64,000 bases of DNA, taken from assembly GCA_028826165.1 (NCBI GenBank), contig JAPDFW010000011.1:496001-560000 (forward strand). The letters run 5' to 3'. Shown one piece after another: positions 52,560 to 64,000 of the stretch. Each line of letters opens with the position of its first letter. The first letter of the stretch is position 1. A program made the position numbers and the translations under genes. Below the pieces are notes generated by a model, which was not told where the DNA came from, did no database searches, and was given only the letters and a program-made list of their open reading frames with translations. Origin of the DNA: Anaeramoeba ignava BMAN. Taxonomy: Eukaryota; Protista; Anaeramoebae.

Positions 52560-55500
52560 CTCTTTGAAATTTATATTTAAATTTTTCTTTTTATATTTTA
52601 TTGAATAATTTCTGTTCGATTTTGACCAAAATATTTGAAAAATAAATATTTTTTATATTGATTTAATTTGTTTTTGTTTTTATTTATTTGATTTTATTTT
52701 TGTTGATTTAATTTGATTTAATTTTTATTTAATTTGATTTATTTGATTTGATTTTTTGAATTTGAATTTGATTTGAATTTGATTTGATTTGAATTTGATT
52801 TGAATTTGATTTTTGTTGAATTATTTGATTTGATTTGATTTGATTGAATTTAATTTTGATTTGATTTGATTTTAACTCTTTGAAATTTGATTTGCATAAT
52901 TTAATTTTAAATTTGATTTTAGATTTAATTTGATTTTTGAATTTAAATTTTATTTTGTTGATTCCAATTTAATTTGTTTTTTTGATTTAAAAATTTGTTT
53001 TGTTGAAAAAATTTGATTTAAAATTTATTTTTGGAACATTTTAATTTAAAATTGAATTTAAAGAGGAGATGTTTTTAAAAATGAATTTTATTTTTTTGAT
53101 TTTGTTTTTGATTTAATTTGATTTGATTTAATTTTATTTTGATTTGATTTAATTTGATTTGATTTGATTTGATTTAATTTAATTTTATTTTGTTGATTTA
53201 ATTTGATTTGATTTAATTTAATTTTATTTTGTTGATTTAATTTGATTTTATTTTGTTGATTTAATTTGAATTTAATTTGATTTGATTTAATTTTATTTTG
53301 ATTTGATTTAATTTGATTTTATTTTTTTGAATTTAATTTGATTTTATTTTTTTGATTTAATTTGATTTGATTTGATTTTTGTTTTTGATTTTGATTTGAT
53401 TTAATTTGGTTTTATTTTGTTTTGTTTTGTTTTGTTTGTGGAAATTTTTTCTTACTTTTTTTTGTTTATCATCAATTTGAACATTTTTAAGTAAGAAATA
53501 TTTAGTGCAATTATTTAATTCTTCTGAATAATTTTCCTTAAAAAATATTCTTAAAGGAGGATTAATTTCATGTAATTTTAATAAACTAAATATGACTCTA
53601 TTATCCTTAATATTTGATATGAATTTTTCTCTTGGATCATTTGGTTTAAAATATTTTTCAGAAGTATTTTTATTTTTGGTATTTGAATTTTGAAGTAAAA
53701 TTCCATTTTGGATATCCAATAACGAGAACTCATGATTTGAAATGATATATTTGTTTTCAGTAAAAAATTTTCTTTTGGAATTTTTATCTGAAGGTTCTCC
53801 TTTTGATATTAAAGAATGAATAAATAATGTATTATAAATATTTAAGAAGAAGATGAATAAATCTTCTTTGTCTAAAGTTTCTAAATCGATCTATTTTTTT
53901 TTGTGATTTAAAATGTATAAATATATATAAAAATATATAAATATATAAATATATAAATACTTGTTGAAGTTCATAAGTTGAAACAATAAATCTTCTGTAA
54001 GAGATTGTATGAGATAAAGAATCACAATTAATTTGTTCAGAATTAATTGAATAATGTGCATTGAGCATATAAATAAGTGCATTAAGTAATTCTTCAGCAA
54101 TTTTAATAGGATCTCTTGGAATTCCTTGAAATCTTAATCCAGAATTTAATAGCTCAAGATTTTGTTTTTTCCAAATTAATGTTCCCTAAAATATAAATTT
54201 ATAAATTTATATAAATTTGAAGATTTTCAATTAAAATTGTTTTACAATCTTGATTTTATCATATTCTAATTGTGTGTCTGAATTCAGCTTCTTTATCAAT
54301 GTTGTATAAAGCTCAGTATTCTTGAAAGGTTCAAATGAATTGAATGTCATGTGCTTAATAACAATATCTTTTGCTTCATCAAACATTGTATGTGAGTATT
54401 GTGAATTAGTAATCATTTGTGTGATATCATCTCTTGATTTGGAATCGATATTAATTTCAAATAAAGATTCTGGTTTAATAAATTTTTCAAAAATAGGAAC
54501 AGCTCTTTCCCCAAGTTCCTATATTGTTTGAAATAATAAATTATGTAATTTAATAATTTATTTTTTTTATGTATTTCAATTTTTTATGTGTTAATCAAAC
54601 TTTAATTGTTGTAATTTTTTTAAAATCTTGAACTTCAAGATAAAATGCAAGATTTTCACTATTAAGTTGTTGACTTAAAAATTCCTTAAAATAATCAACT
54701 GCAAGTGGAATTTGGAGCAATTCTTCAATTTTCTCAATATCTTTAATTTCCTTTTTAAACTAAAAAAATAATAAATAAACCAATAAACCAATAAATTTAA
54801 AATTATTTGTAAAAGAAAAAAAATACTTGAATTGGATATTTTGATAACTCAGTTTCACTATTACTTCTCCTAAAAAAAATTTTTAATTTAATTTCAATTG
54901 TATGAAAAGAAAATGGTTGAATTTTTTGATTATTTACCTTCCAGTTAAAAATTTATTCGGGAAAATATAGTTATCACTTGAGAAATTCTTTGTCAATCTT
55001 TTAGGAGATTGAGGATTGCTTTTATGAGTAAGATTAGAAATATTACTTTGGGAAAATCTTTTTTTAATTTCATCATAATCAGAACTTTGCTCAGACTTTT
55101 TTTTTTGTTTTTGTTTTTGTTTTTGAGAAAGAAAAAAGATTCGGTTAAAAAAGTGGAATAAAAAAGAAAATTTTTTTTTCTTGAATTAAATACTTCTGAA
55201 TCATCTGAAAAATCATATTCAGATGAATCGTAACGTAAATAGGAAGATGTTTGGGAATGAATTCCAACGATAAGTTTTCGGATTTCTTCAAGTTCAATTT
55301 TCAAAACATGGTTTTCATTTGAAATATCTTTGTATTGGTTCAATAACATTCCATGTTGATGAGCTAATGAAGTGTTTTCTTCAAGTTCTTGTTCTAATTT
55401 TTTATTTTGGGATTCCAAATTGCCAATTTTTTCGTTTAATTCGTCCTTTTGTTTTTCTAGAATTTTGTTTTCAGCGACAATTTGATCATTTGCATGGATT

Positions 55501-58500
55501 AAATCAGGAGAATTTTGCGAGTTTTCAAGTTTTGATTTGGAATCATTTAATTCCAAACGTAATTGATTATTTTCAGAAATTCTTTCTTTTAATTGAGAAC
55601 GAATTGAATTCAATTTTCCTTGGAATTCAGAGCTCATTTCGTTCTTTTCAAGAATGATTTTCTCAAGAGATTCTTTAAGACTTTGTATTTGAGTTTGTTG
55701 TTTTTCGAAGTTTTTGGATTGCTCCTCAAAAAGCTTTGAAAAATCTGCGTTTTCTGAACGTAGTTGGTTATTTTCAATTGCTTTTTCTTTTTCTTGATTG
55801 CGTATTTGATTGAGTTTATTGAGTAAAATTGACATTCCGTCTTCCTTTTCGTTTTGAATTTTATCAATTTCCGTTTTAATTTGTGAATATTCTTGCTCAA
55901 TTTTTTCCAGTTTTTCGGTTTTTTCCTTTAATTGCGTTCGTAATTCGTTGTTTTCTGATGTTTTGTTTTGCAATCTCATCACCAAAGTTTCTTGATCTGT
56001 AATTTTTCTGTTTGATTCTTGTTTTTGGAGAATTTGATAACTGAATTCAAGTTTTTTAAACTTTTTTTCCATTTCGAGATATTTTTCTTTCCAACTTAAA
56101 TCAGAATCATCATCATTTTTTGGATTATCACTAACATTAATAAGGTTTGTTTCCTTTTTGAGTGATTCGTTTGTTTTACTTTTGCCCCTTTTTTTGGATT
56201 TTTTCTGGAAGGAATCCAAACCTGAATTCGAGTTGCTTCTTCTTCGAAGGAATTTTGCTATTCCTTTTAAAGCTTGACTTGGATTTTTGATTGGGAATTC
56301 CTTTTCAAGATCACTGTTTGAATTTTTTCGAGCGATTTTTCCTCTTGGAGAAAATGGGCTTTTGATTTGTTTTGTTTCTTTTTCTGTTTCATCATTAGAT
56401 GTTGTTTTTTCTGATCTTGTTGAACTTGATTTGGATATTTCTTCCATTTCTCCAAATGATATTTCATCACCTGAATCATCCGAAATATCTGATTGTTGAG
56501 TTAATGTATCGAGATTTGCTGTGATTGCTGACATATTTTCTGGTATTTTTTCGTTTAGATCTTCGTTTGGTGCTGTTATTGGTACGAAGATTGCTTGGAT
56601 TAAAAGTTTTTCAACTAATTTTAATGGAATTGACCAACCATGAACCCAAAATGGTTTTTTTTCTGTATCTAAATATTGGAAATCAAAATCGTAATAACCA
56701 GTTTGACTTCTAAAATTATTAAATCAATATTAAATCAATATTAAATTTAAAATAAATATATATTAAATATAAAATAAATATATATTAAATCTAAATATTA
56801 AATTTAAATTAAATATAAATAAATTAAATATTAAATCTAAATAAATTATAAATATCTATAAAATTAAATCTAAATATTAAATCTAAATTAAATCTAAATT
56901 AAATCTAAATTAAATCTAAATATTAAATCTAAATTAAATCTATATTATATCTAAATTAAATTTAAATTAAATCTTAAATATTAAATCTAAATTAAATCTA
57001 AATTAAATCTAAATTAAATCTAAATTAAAAATATAAATTAAATATAAATTAAATCTAAATATTAAATAAATATTAAAATTTAAATATTAAATCTAAATTA
57101 AATCCAAATTAAATTTAAATATTAAATCTAAATTAAATTTAAATCTAAATTAAATCTAAATTAAATTTTAAATATTAAATCTAAATTAAATCTAAATTAA
57201 ATCTAAATTAAATCTAAATATTAAATCTAAATTAAATTTAAATATTAAATCTAAATTAAATCTAAATTAAATCTAAATTAAATCTAAATTAAATCTAAAT
57301 TAAATCTAAATTAAATCAATAAATTAAATCTAAATTAAATCAATATTAAATCTAAATTAAATCTAAATTAAATCTAAATTAAATCTAAATTAAATCTATA
57401 TAAATTAAATCTAAATCTAAATTAAATCTAAATTAAATCTAAAAAATTAAATCTAAATTAAATTCAAATTAAATCTAAATTAAATCTAAATTAAATCTAA
57501 ATTAAATCTAAATTAAATCTTAAATTAAATCTAAATTAAATCTAAATTAAATCTAAATTTCTAAAATTTAAATAAATTAAATATAAATCTGCAAATTATA
57601 AATTAAATCTAAATTAAATTCCAAATTAAATCTAAATTAAATCTAAATTAAATCTAAATTAAATCTAAATTAAATCTAAATTAAATCTAAATTAAATCTA
57701 AATTAAATCTAAAATTAAATTAAATTAAATATAAATTAAATATAAATTAAATCTAAAATTAAATCTAAAATTAAATATAAATTAAAATCTATAAATTAAA
57801 TCAATATTAAATCCAAATATATTAAATCTAAATTAAATCTAAATTAAATCTATATTAAATCTATTAAATCTAAATTAAATCTAAATTAAATCTAAATCTA
57901 TATTAAATCTATATATTAAATCTAAATATTAAATCTAAATTAAATCAATATATTAAATCTAAATTAAATTCAAAATAAAATTAAATAAATTAAATCTAAA
58001 ATTAAATTAAATTAAAATTAAATAAATTAAATTAAATCTAAATTAAATCTAAATTAAATCTAAATAAATTAAATCTAAAATTAAATTAAATCTAAATTAA
58101 ATCTAAATAAAATATTAAATCTAAATTAAATTTAAATTAAATCTATATTAAATCTAAATTAAATCTATAAATTAAATCTATATTAAATATAAATCAAATT
58201 TATATATTAAATCTAAATTAAATCTAAATATTAAATCTAAACCAAATTTATATATTAAATCAATATTAATTTGATTAATAAAAATAATAGAATTTGAATT
58301 TCTATTGAACAATCCAAAAATAATTTTTTTTTTGCTTTTTGAATAATAAATAGAAAAAAAATTTTTTTTTTAAAAATAAAAAAAAAGAATAAAATAATAC
58401 TCATAAGTTTCAGTATAAATTGAACTAATAGCTTGTTTAGAATTAATATTCATATGAGGTTGAATTTCAGGAGTAATTTGTGTAATTTCAGATTGAAGAA

Positions 58501-58669
58501 GTTGTTCTTTTGACATTTTAAATAAATTTAATATTGGTTGATTTGCTTCTAAACAATTTCCTTTCCAATCCATAAGAATCATTGGTTCTGTTGATTTTTG
58601 GATTAGTCTCCGAAATTTTTTCTCTTTATTTCGTTTAATTTTTCTAATTGATAAACCTTCGTTTCCCAT
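52560..58669 (-). CDS. PAS, coiled-coil, RGS, DUF547 multidomain protein (at least 8 exons; last exon garbled)
   Basis: Exon 58669-58401 is PAS ([26 protein letters not shown]...ITPEIQP); exon 56709-55194 has PAC ([18 protein letters not shown]) and coiled coil. RGS: [28 protein letters not shown]...[17 protein letters not shown]...MFDEAK...[12 protein letters not shown]547: [14 protein letters not shown]...RKFF...[11 protein letters not shown]...NDPR...RVIFSL...PPLRIF. The 3' coordinate is approximate. Confidence 0.85.
56720..58270. repeat. intronic 11-bp satellite (AAATTAAATCT)n
   Basis: Fills the 1.69-kb intron 58400-56710 that splits the PAS domain. Confidence 0.93.
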
Positions 58670-59079
58670 TTTTTATTATTTTTATAATTAAATTGTATCT
58701 ATAATTGATTTTTATTTATTATTTTTATAATTGATTTTTATTTTTAATTTATTTATAATTTATTTATAATTTATTTTTGTGAAACGAAAATGAAAAAAAA
58801 ATAAAAATTAAAAAAAAAAAAATTATTTTAAATAAAATTTTTAATAAAAAGGAGATAAAAGAAAAATTAAAAAAAAAAAATTTTTTTCTTTTTAAAAAAC
58901 AAAATAAAAAGAAACAAAATTAAATTAAATTAATTTAAATTAATTTCCTTTATTATTTTTAAATTGATCTACTTATTTATTTTTATTACATATTCTCCAA
59001 AAAATTTTTATTTTTTTTTTAAAAAGAATTTTGTTTTTTGGATCTTTTTTCTTTTGACATAAAATAATTTTTCTTTTAA

Positions 59080-59720
59080 TATAAAATTAAAAATAAATTT
59101 AAAAATAAATTATTTAATAATTTTATTATTAAACTTATAAATATTATTATCAAAAATAAAAACAAAAAGAAAAAAAAATTTATTTTTTGGATTTTTTGGA
59201 TTGTTTAAATTGATTAAAAATTTTAATATTAATTTAGATATAAAATTAAATATAAATTTAAAAATAAATTATTAAATAATTTTATTATTAAAACTTATAA
59301 ATATTATTATCAAAAAAAGAAAAAACAAAAAGAAAAAAAATTTATTTTTTGGATTTTTTGGATTGTTTAAATTGATTAAAAATTTTAATAGTTAATTTAG
59401 ATATAAAATTAAATATAAATTTAAAAATAAATTATTAAATAATTTTATTATTAAAGCTTATAAATATTATTATCAAAAAAAAAAAAACAAAAAAAAAAAA
59501 TTTTATTTTTTGGATTGTTTAAATTGATTAAAAATTTTAAAAGGAAAATTTAAATATAAAATTAAAAATAAATTTAAAAATAAATTATTAAATAATTTTA
59601 TTATTAAAACTTATAAATATTATTATCAAAAAAAAGAAAAAACAAAAAGAAAAAAAATTTACTTTTTGGATTTTTTGGATTGTTTAAATTGATTAAAAAT
59701 TTTAAAAGGAAAATTTAAAA
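59080..59720. repeat. ~155-163-bp tandem repeat, 4 copies
   Basis: Unit ...CTTATAAATATTATTATCAAAAA...TTTTTTGGATTGTTTAAATTGATTAAAAATTTTAA starts at about 59080, 59240, 59402 and 59556. Confidence 0.9.
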
Positions 59721-59858
59721 ATTAAAAATTGTAAAAGAATCAATTTTTATTTGTATTGTTAAATTGTCCTTTTTTTTGTAGATTTTTATGATTTTTTTGG
59801 ATTATTTGAATTGATAAAAAAATTGAAAATTAAAAGTAAAAAATTAAAAAGTAAAAAA

Positions 59859-62800
59859 TTATAAAGCTTTGATTTTTGTTGAATCAATTAATCTGTCAAA
59901 AACAACAAATTCACCTTTTTCCTTCATATTCTTGTTTTGAGATTAAATGACTTGGGAATTTTGGCATAAGAGAAAGAACTGAAGCACCTCTCCAAGTCAA
60001 AACATTTTGGTCTAAAAGAGAAGAAATTTGATTAAAATTAATTGGAGTTGAAAGAATTGGACGTAATTCATTTTCAAGTCTTTCTTTGAGAAAAGGAATT
60101 GAAGTTGTTCCTCCTGTTAAAATGATTGAATCTGCAACTTGTGTACGAATATCTATTTCACATCGTTGAATTGAATTATAAACCATTTTATGTAAACCTT
60201 CATGAACTTTTCCAACTAAATATGGTTTGAAAAGTGGTTCAATACATTGATATCTTATCTTATCAAGAAAAACTGAGTTTTGATCTGAAAATTGATATTT
60301 TGCGGAATTAAAAGCTCCATGTTTCTTTTATAAATAATTTTATAAATAATTTTATAAATAATTTTATAAATAATTTTATAAATAATTTTATAAACAATTT
60401 TATAAACAATTTTATAAATAATTTTATAAATAATTTTATATTTAATTTTATAAATAATTTTATAAATAATTTTATATTTAATTTTATAAATAATTTTATA
60501 AATAATTTTATAAATAATTTTATATTTAATTTTATATTTAATTTTATATTTAATTTTTATAAATAATTTTATATTTAATTTTATAAATAATTTTATATTT
60601 AATTTTATAAATAATTTTATAATTAATTTTATAATTAATTTTATATTTAATTTTATAAATAATTTTATATATAATTTTATAATTAATTTTATAAATAATT
60701 TTATAAATAATTTTATAAATAATTTTATAAATAATTTTATAAATAATTTAATAAATAATTTTATAAATAATTTAATAAATAATTTTTATATTTAATTTTA
60801 TAAATAATTTTATAAATAATTTTATAATTAATTTTATAATTAATTTTATAAATAATTTTATAAATAATTTTATATTTAATTTTATAAATAATTTAATAAA
60901 TAATTTAATATTTAATTTTATAATTAATTTTATAAATAATTTTTATATTTAATTTTATAAATAATTTTATAAATAATTTTATAAATAATTTTATAAATAA
61001 TTTTATATTTAATTTTATAAATAATTTTATAAATAATTTTATAAATAATTTTATAAATAATAATAAATAATTTTATAAATAATTTTATAAATAATTTTAT
61101 AAATAATTTTATAAATAATTTTATAATTAATTTTATATTTAATTTTATTAATAATTTTATATTTAATTTAATAAATAATTTAATAATTAATTTTATAATT
61201 AATTTTATAAATAATTTTATATATAATTTTATATTTAATTTTATAAATAATTTTATATTTAATTTTATAATTAATTTTATAATTAATTTTATAAATAATT
61301 TTATAAATAATTTTATATTTAATTTTATAAATAATTTTATAAATAATTTTATTAATAATTTTATATTTAATTTTATAAATAATTTAATAATTAATTTTAT
61401 AAATAATTTTATATTTAATTTTATAAATAATTTTTATATTTAATTTTATAAATAATTTTATAAATAATTTTATAAATAATTTTATATATAATTTTATAAT
61501 TAATTTTATAAATAATTTTATAAATAATTTTATAATTAATTTTATAATTAATTTTATAATTAATTTTATATATAATTTTATATATAATTTTATAAATAAA
61601 TTTATAATTAATTTTATATTTAATTTAATAAACAATTTTATAAATAATTTTATATTTAATTTAATAAACAATTTTATAAATAATTTTATAAATAATTTTA
61701 TATTTAATTTTATAAATAATTTTATAAATTAATTTTATAAATAATTTTATAAATAATTTTATATATAATTTTATATTTAATTTTATAAATATTTTTATAT
61801 TTAATTTTATATTTAATTTTATAAATAATTTTATAATTAATTTTATATTTAATTTTATAAATAATTTTATAAATACTTTTATAAATAATTTATTAATAAT
61901 TTTATATTTAATTTTATAAATAATTTAATAATTAATTTTATAAATAATTTTATATTTAATTTTATAAATAATTTTATAAATAATTTTATAAAATTATTAA
62001 TAATTAATTTTATATATAATTTTATAAATAATTTTATACCATAAGCATTTGATAAGTATTTCTTTCTAGTTTATCTTTTCTTATTTCATCAAAAGATTTA
62101 GGATGGTCATCTAAAGTCAAATCATCATTATCATCATCCAAACCCAAATCCAAATCATGATTATCATCAAAATCATCATCATCATCAACAGATAAATTAG
62201 CCATTTTTTTTTTCAAAATATCAAGATCAGGAATATAAGGAAGAGGATTTACAAAAGAAAACGTCTCCTTAATTTTAGTAGCCAAATGAAAGCCGTCTTG
62301 AGATTGCAAATAAAAGCCTTCTAAAGCAAGTAAGTTGATTAAATAATCCGTTAAATCTTTTCCTCCAATATTTAAAAAGGAAATTGAAGGTTTAATCACA
62401 AGTGAATCATAAAAAGGTATGATTCTAGTTGAATATTGCCCAATGTCAATCACCATTCCGCTTTGTTTTTTATGAGATGCAATCAATCCAACAACTTGTT
62501 CCATATTGTTAAAAAACGGAACTTCAAATTTTTCGAAAAAAATCTCGGCAATTTTCAAATATTCTTTTTTTGTTGCCATTGAAATTTGTGCATGAAGAAC
62601 ATTAACTTCTTCCAAATTTATTTCAAGTTGGTCGTCAAAGACATAATCATAAAGACCCTCCATATAATCCCAATTAATCATGCCTTCTTCTCCGAATTCT
62701 TTAACAATATATTCGTTTATAATATTTGGATCGTCAGTTTCTTTTAAAACTTGATCTCCAAAAATCTTCTCAAGAGACTGTGTATTTGCAACTAATGTTG

Positions 62801-62882
62801 GTATTTGAATCTTGGGGTTTCGATCTCCCCCAAATCCTACATTAAGACTGCAAGAACCAAAATCAATAATAACTGTTTTCAT
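59859..62882 (-). CDS. divergent actin-related protein with acidic insertion (intron 62039-60325; probable frameshift ~59920)
   Basis: VIIDFGSCSLNVGFGGD.NP, INWDYME, FFEKFEVP, GMVIDIG, IGGKDLTDYL, IKE, EPLFKP, IILTGGTT, WRGASVL and ISKQEY. A shifted frame gives an actin-like end, KGEFVVFDRL...KAL*. Confidence 0.9.
60330..62035. repeat. intronic 12-bp satellite (reverse complement of ATAAAATTATTT)
   Basis: Fills the ARP intron; same unit as in the GTPase and THH1-like introns. Confidence 0.95.
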
Positions 62883-63215
62883 TAAAAAATGAAAAAAAAA
62901 AATGAAAAATTAAAATTAAAAACTTTTTTTTTTTGCTTTTTTTTTTTAATTTTTTTTAAAAAGAAAAGAGAAAAAATATTAATTTGAATTTTGATTTTTA
63001 ATTTGAATTTTAAATTGAATTTTGAATTTGAATTTGATTTTGAATTTGAATTTTAAATTTGAATTTGAATTTGATTTTGAATTTGATTTTGAATTTTGAA
63101 ATTCAAGAAAAAGAAAAAAAAAAATCAAAAAAAAAAGTGGATCAAAAAATGAGAAGAAAAAATTTTTTTTTTGAAAGTAAAAATTTTGATTAATTGATAT
63201 GAAAAAGTGAATGAA

Positions 63216-63479
63216 TTATTTATCTGAGACTCCATCTTTAACAATACTATCTTGAACTTCAAATTCTTCATCATCATCCATTGTTTTTCGAATATAATCA
63301 AGATCTGTAACAATAAATTCATCAAGAGTTTGTAACTTTTCTGTTAAATTTGTAACATCTTTAATTTTGCTGATAAGTTTTTCTGACATTTCAGATGTAT
63401 TATAAGGTTCTGGATCATCAAAGAAAGAAACTTGACCTTCTTGTTGATCAATCTTTGCAAAGACTTCACCTTTTTCAAT
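63216..63479 (-). CDS. CSN3: COP9 signalosome subunit 3, last exon (5' partial)
   Basis: IEKGEVFAKIDQQEGQVSFFDDPEPYNTSEM...LTEKLQTLDEFIVTDLDYI parallels CSN3 [27 protein letters not shown]...MDQEITVNPQFV; AG acceptor at 63481-63480. Confidence 0.85.
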   Translation of the reverse strand: MEKGEVFAKIDQQEGQVSFFDDPEPYNTSEMSEKLISKIKDVTNLTEKLQTLDEFIVTDLDYIRKTMDDDEEFEVQDSIVKDGVSDK

Positions 63480-63484
63480 CTTTA

Positions 63485-64000
63485 TTTATTTTGAATTTAT
63501 TTTGAATTTATTTTGAATTGAATTTTGAATTGAATTTATTTTGAATTGATTTTGAATTTATTTTGAATTAAATTTATTTTGAATTTATTTTAATTTATTT
63601 TGAATTTATTTTGAATTTTGAATTAAATTTTGAATTAAATTTTGAATTTATTTTTGAATTAATTTTGAATTTATTTTGAATTTATTATTTTAAATTTATT
63701 TTGAATTTATTTTGAATTAATTTTGAATTAAATTTTGAATTGAATTTTGAATTTATTTTTAATTAATTTTGAATTTATTTTGAATTAATTTTGAATTTAT
63801 TTTGAATTTATTTTGAATTGATTTTGAATTGAATTTTGAATTAAATTTATTTTGAATTGATTTTTAATTTATTTTGAATTAATTTTTAATTTATTTTGAA
63901 TTAAATTTTGAATTTATTTTTTAATTTATTTTTAATTATTTTTGAATTGAATTTTGAATTTATTTTGAATTAATTTTGAATTAAATTTTTAATTTATTTT
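63485..64000. repeat. intronic degenerate (TTTTGAATTTA)-type satellite
   Basis: Directly visible; lies in the intron upstream of the last CSN3 exon. Confidence 0.85.

Noticed and set aside
53832-54068. Resemblance to the DPH7 N-terminus (CDSL...VSTYELQ)
   Set aside because: It splices in phase between the RGS and DUF547 exons and matches the helical region preceding DUF547; no WD40 repeats follow.
56720-58270. Telomere-like repeat or transposon
   Set aside because: No G-rich telomeric unit, terminal repeats or transposase; it is bounded by GT-AG within the PAS domain.

Overview
Very AT-rich, gene-dense eukaryotic DNA with GT-AG introns and the standard genetic code. I see no prokaryotic features, CRISPR array, rRNA/tRNA or transposase. 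The BTB-TLDc expansion, PAS-RGS and LisH-RasGEF proteins, poly-NQ tracts and TCA-T initiator-like motifs suggest an anaerobic amoeboid protist such as Anaeramoeba; this is an inference, not a database result. I can reconstruct about 22 genes: RPN7 (3' end), two unknowns, GWT1/PIG-W, three BTB-TLDc genes, USP20/33, an ARFRP1-like GTPase, a divergent CFAP43, a Borealin-N protein, a bZIP, a THH1/TOM1-like membrane protein, a CAP-Gly-LisH-RasGEF, USO1/p115, ICMT, an FG-GAP/FN3 receptor, an FN3 receptor, a large unknown, a PAS-coiled-coil-RGS-DUF547 protein, a divergent actin-related protein and CSN3 (3' end). Many listed ORFs are artefacts of microsatellites, and many real genes carry single-base frameshifts, mostly at homopolymers (probably long-read errors). 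Most notable observations: (1) two unrelated intronless BTB-TLDc ORFs sit inside a triplicated GWT1-USP20 spacer, one with a copy of GWT1's promoter and the other with a copy of USP20's 3' region starting at the stop codon; (2) unusual signalling fusions (myristoyl-PAS-RGS-DUF547 and CAP-Gly-LisH-RasGEF); (3) a cryptic Borealin found by splicing; (4) an integrin-alpha-like seven-blade receptor; (5) strand-oriented intronic satellites and nucleosome-length intergenic repeats.
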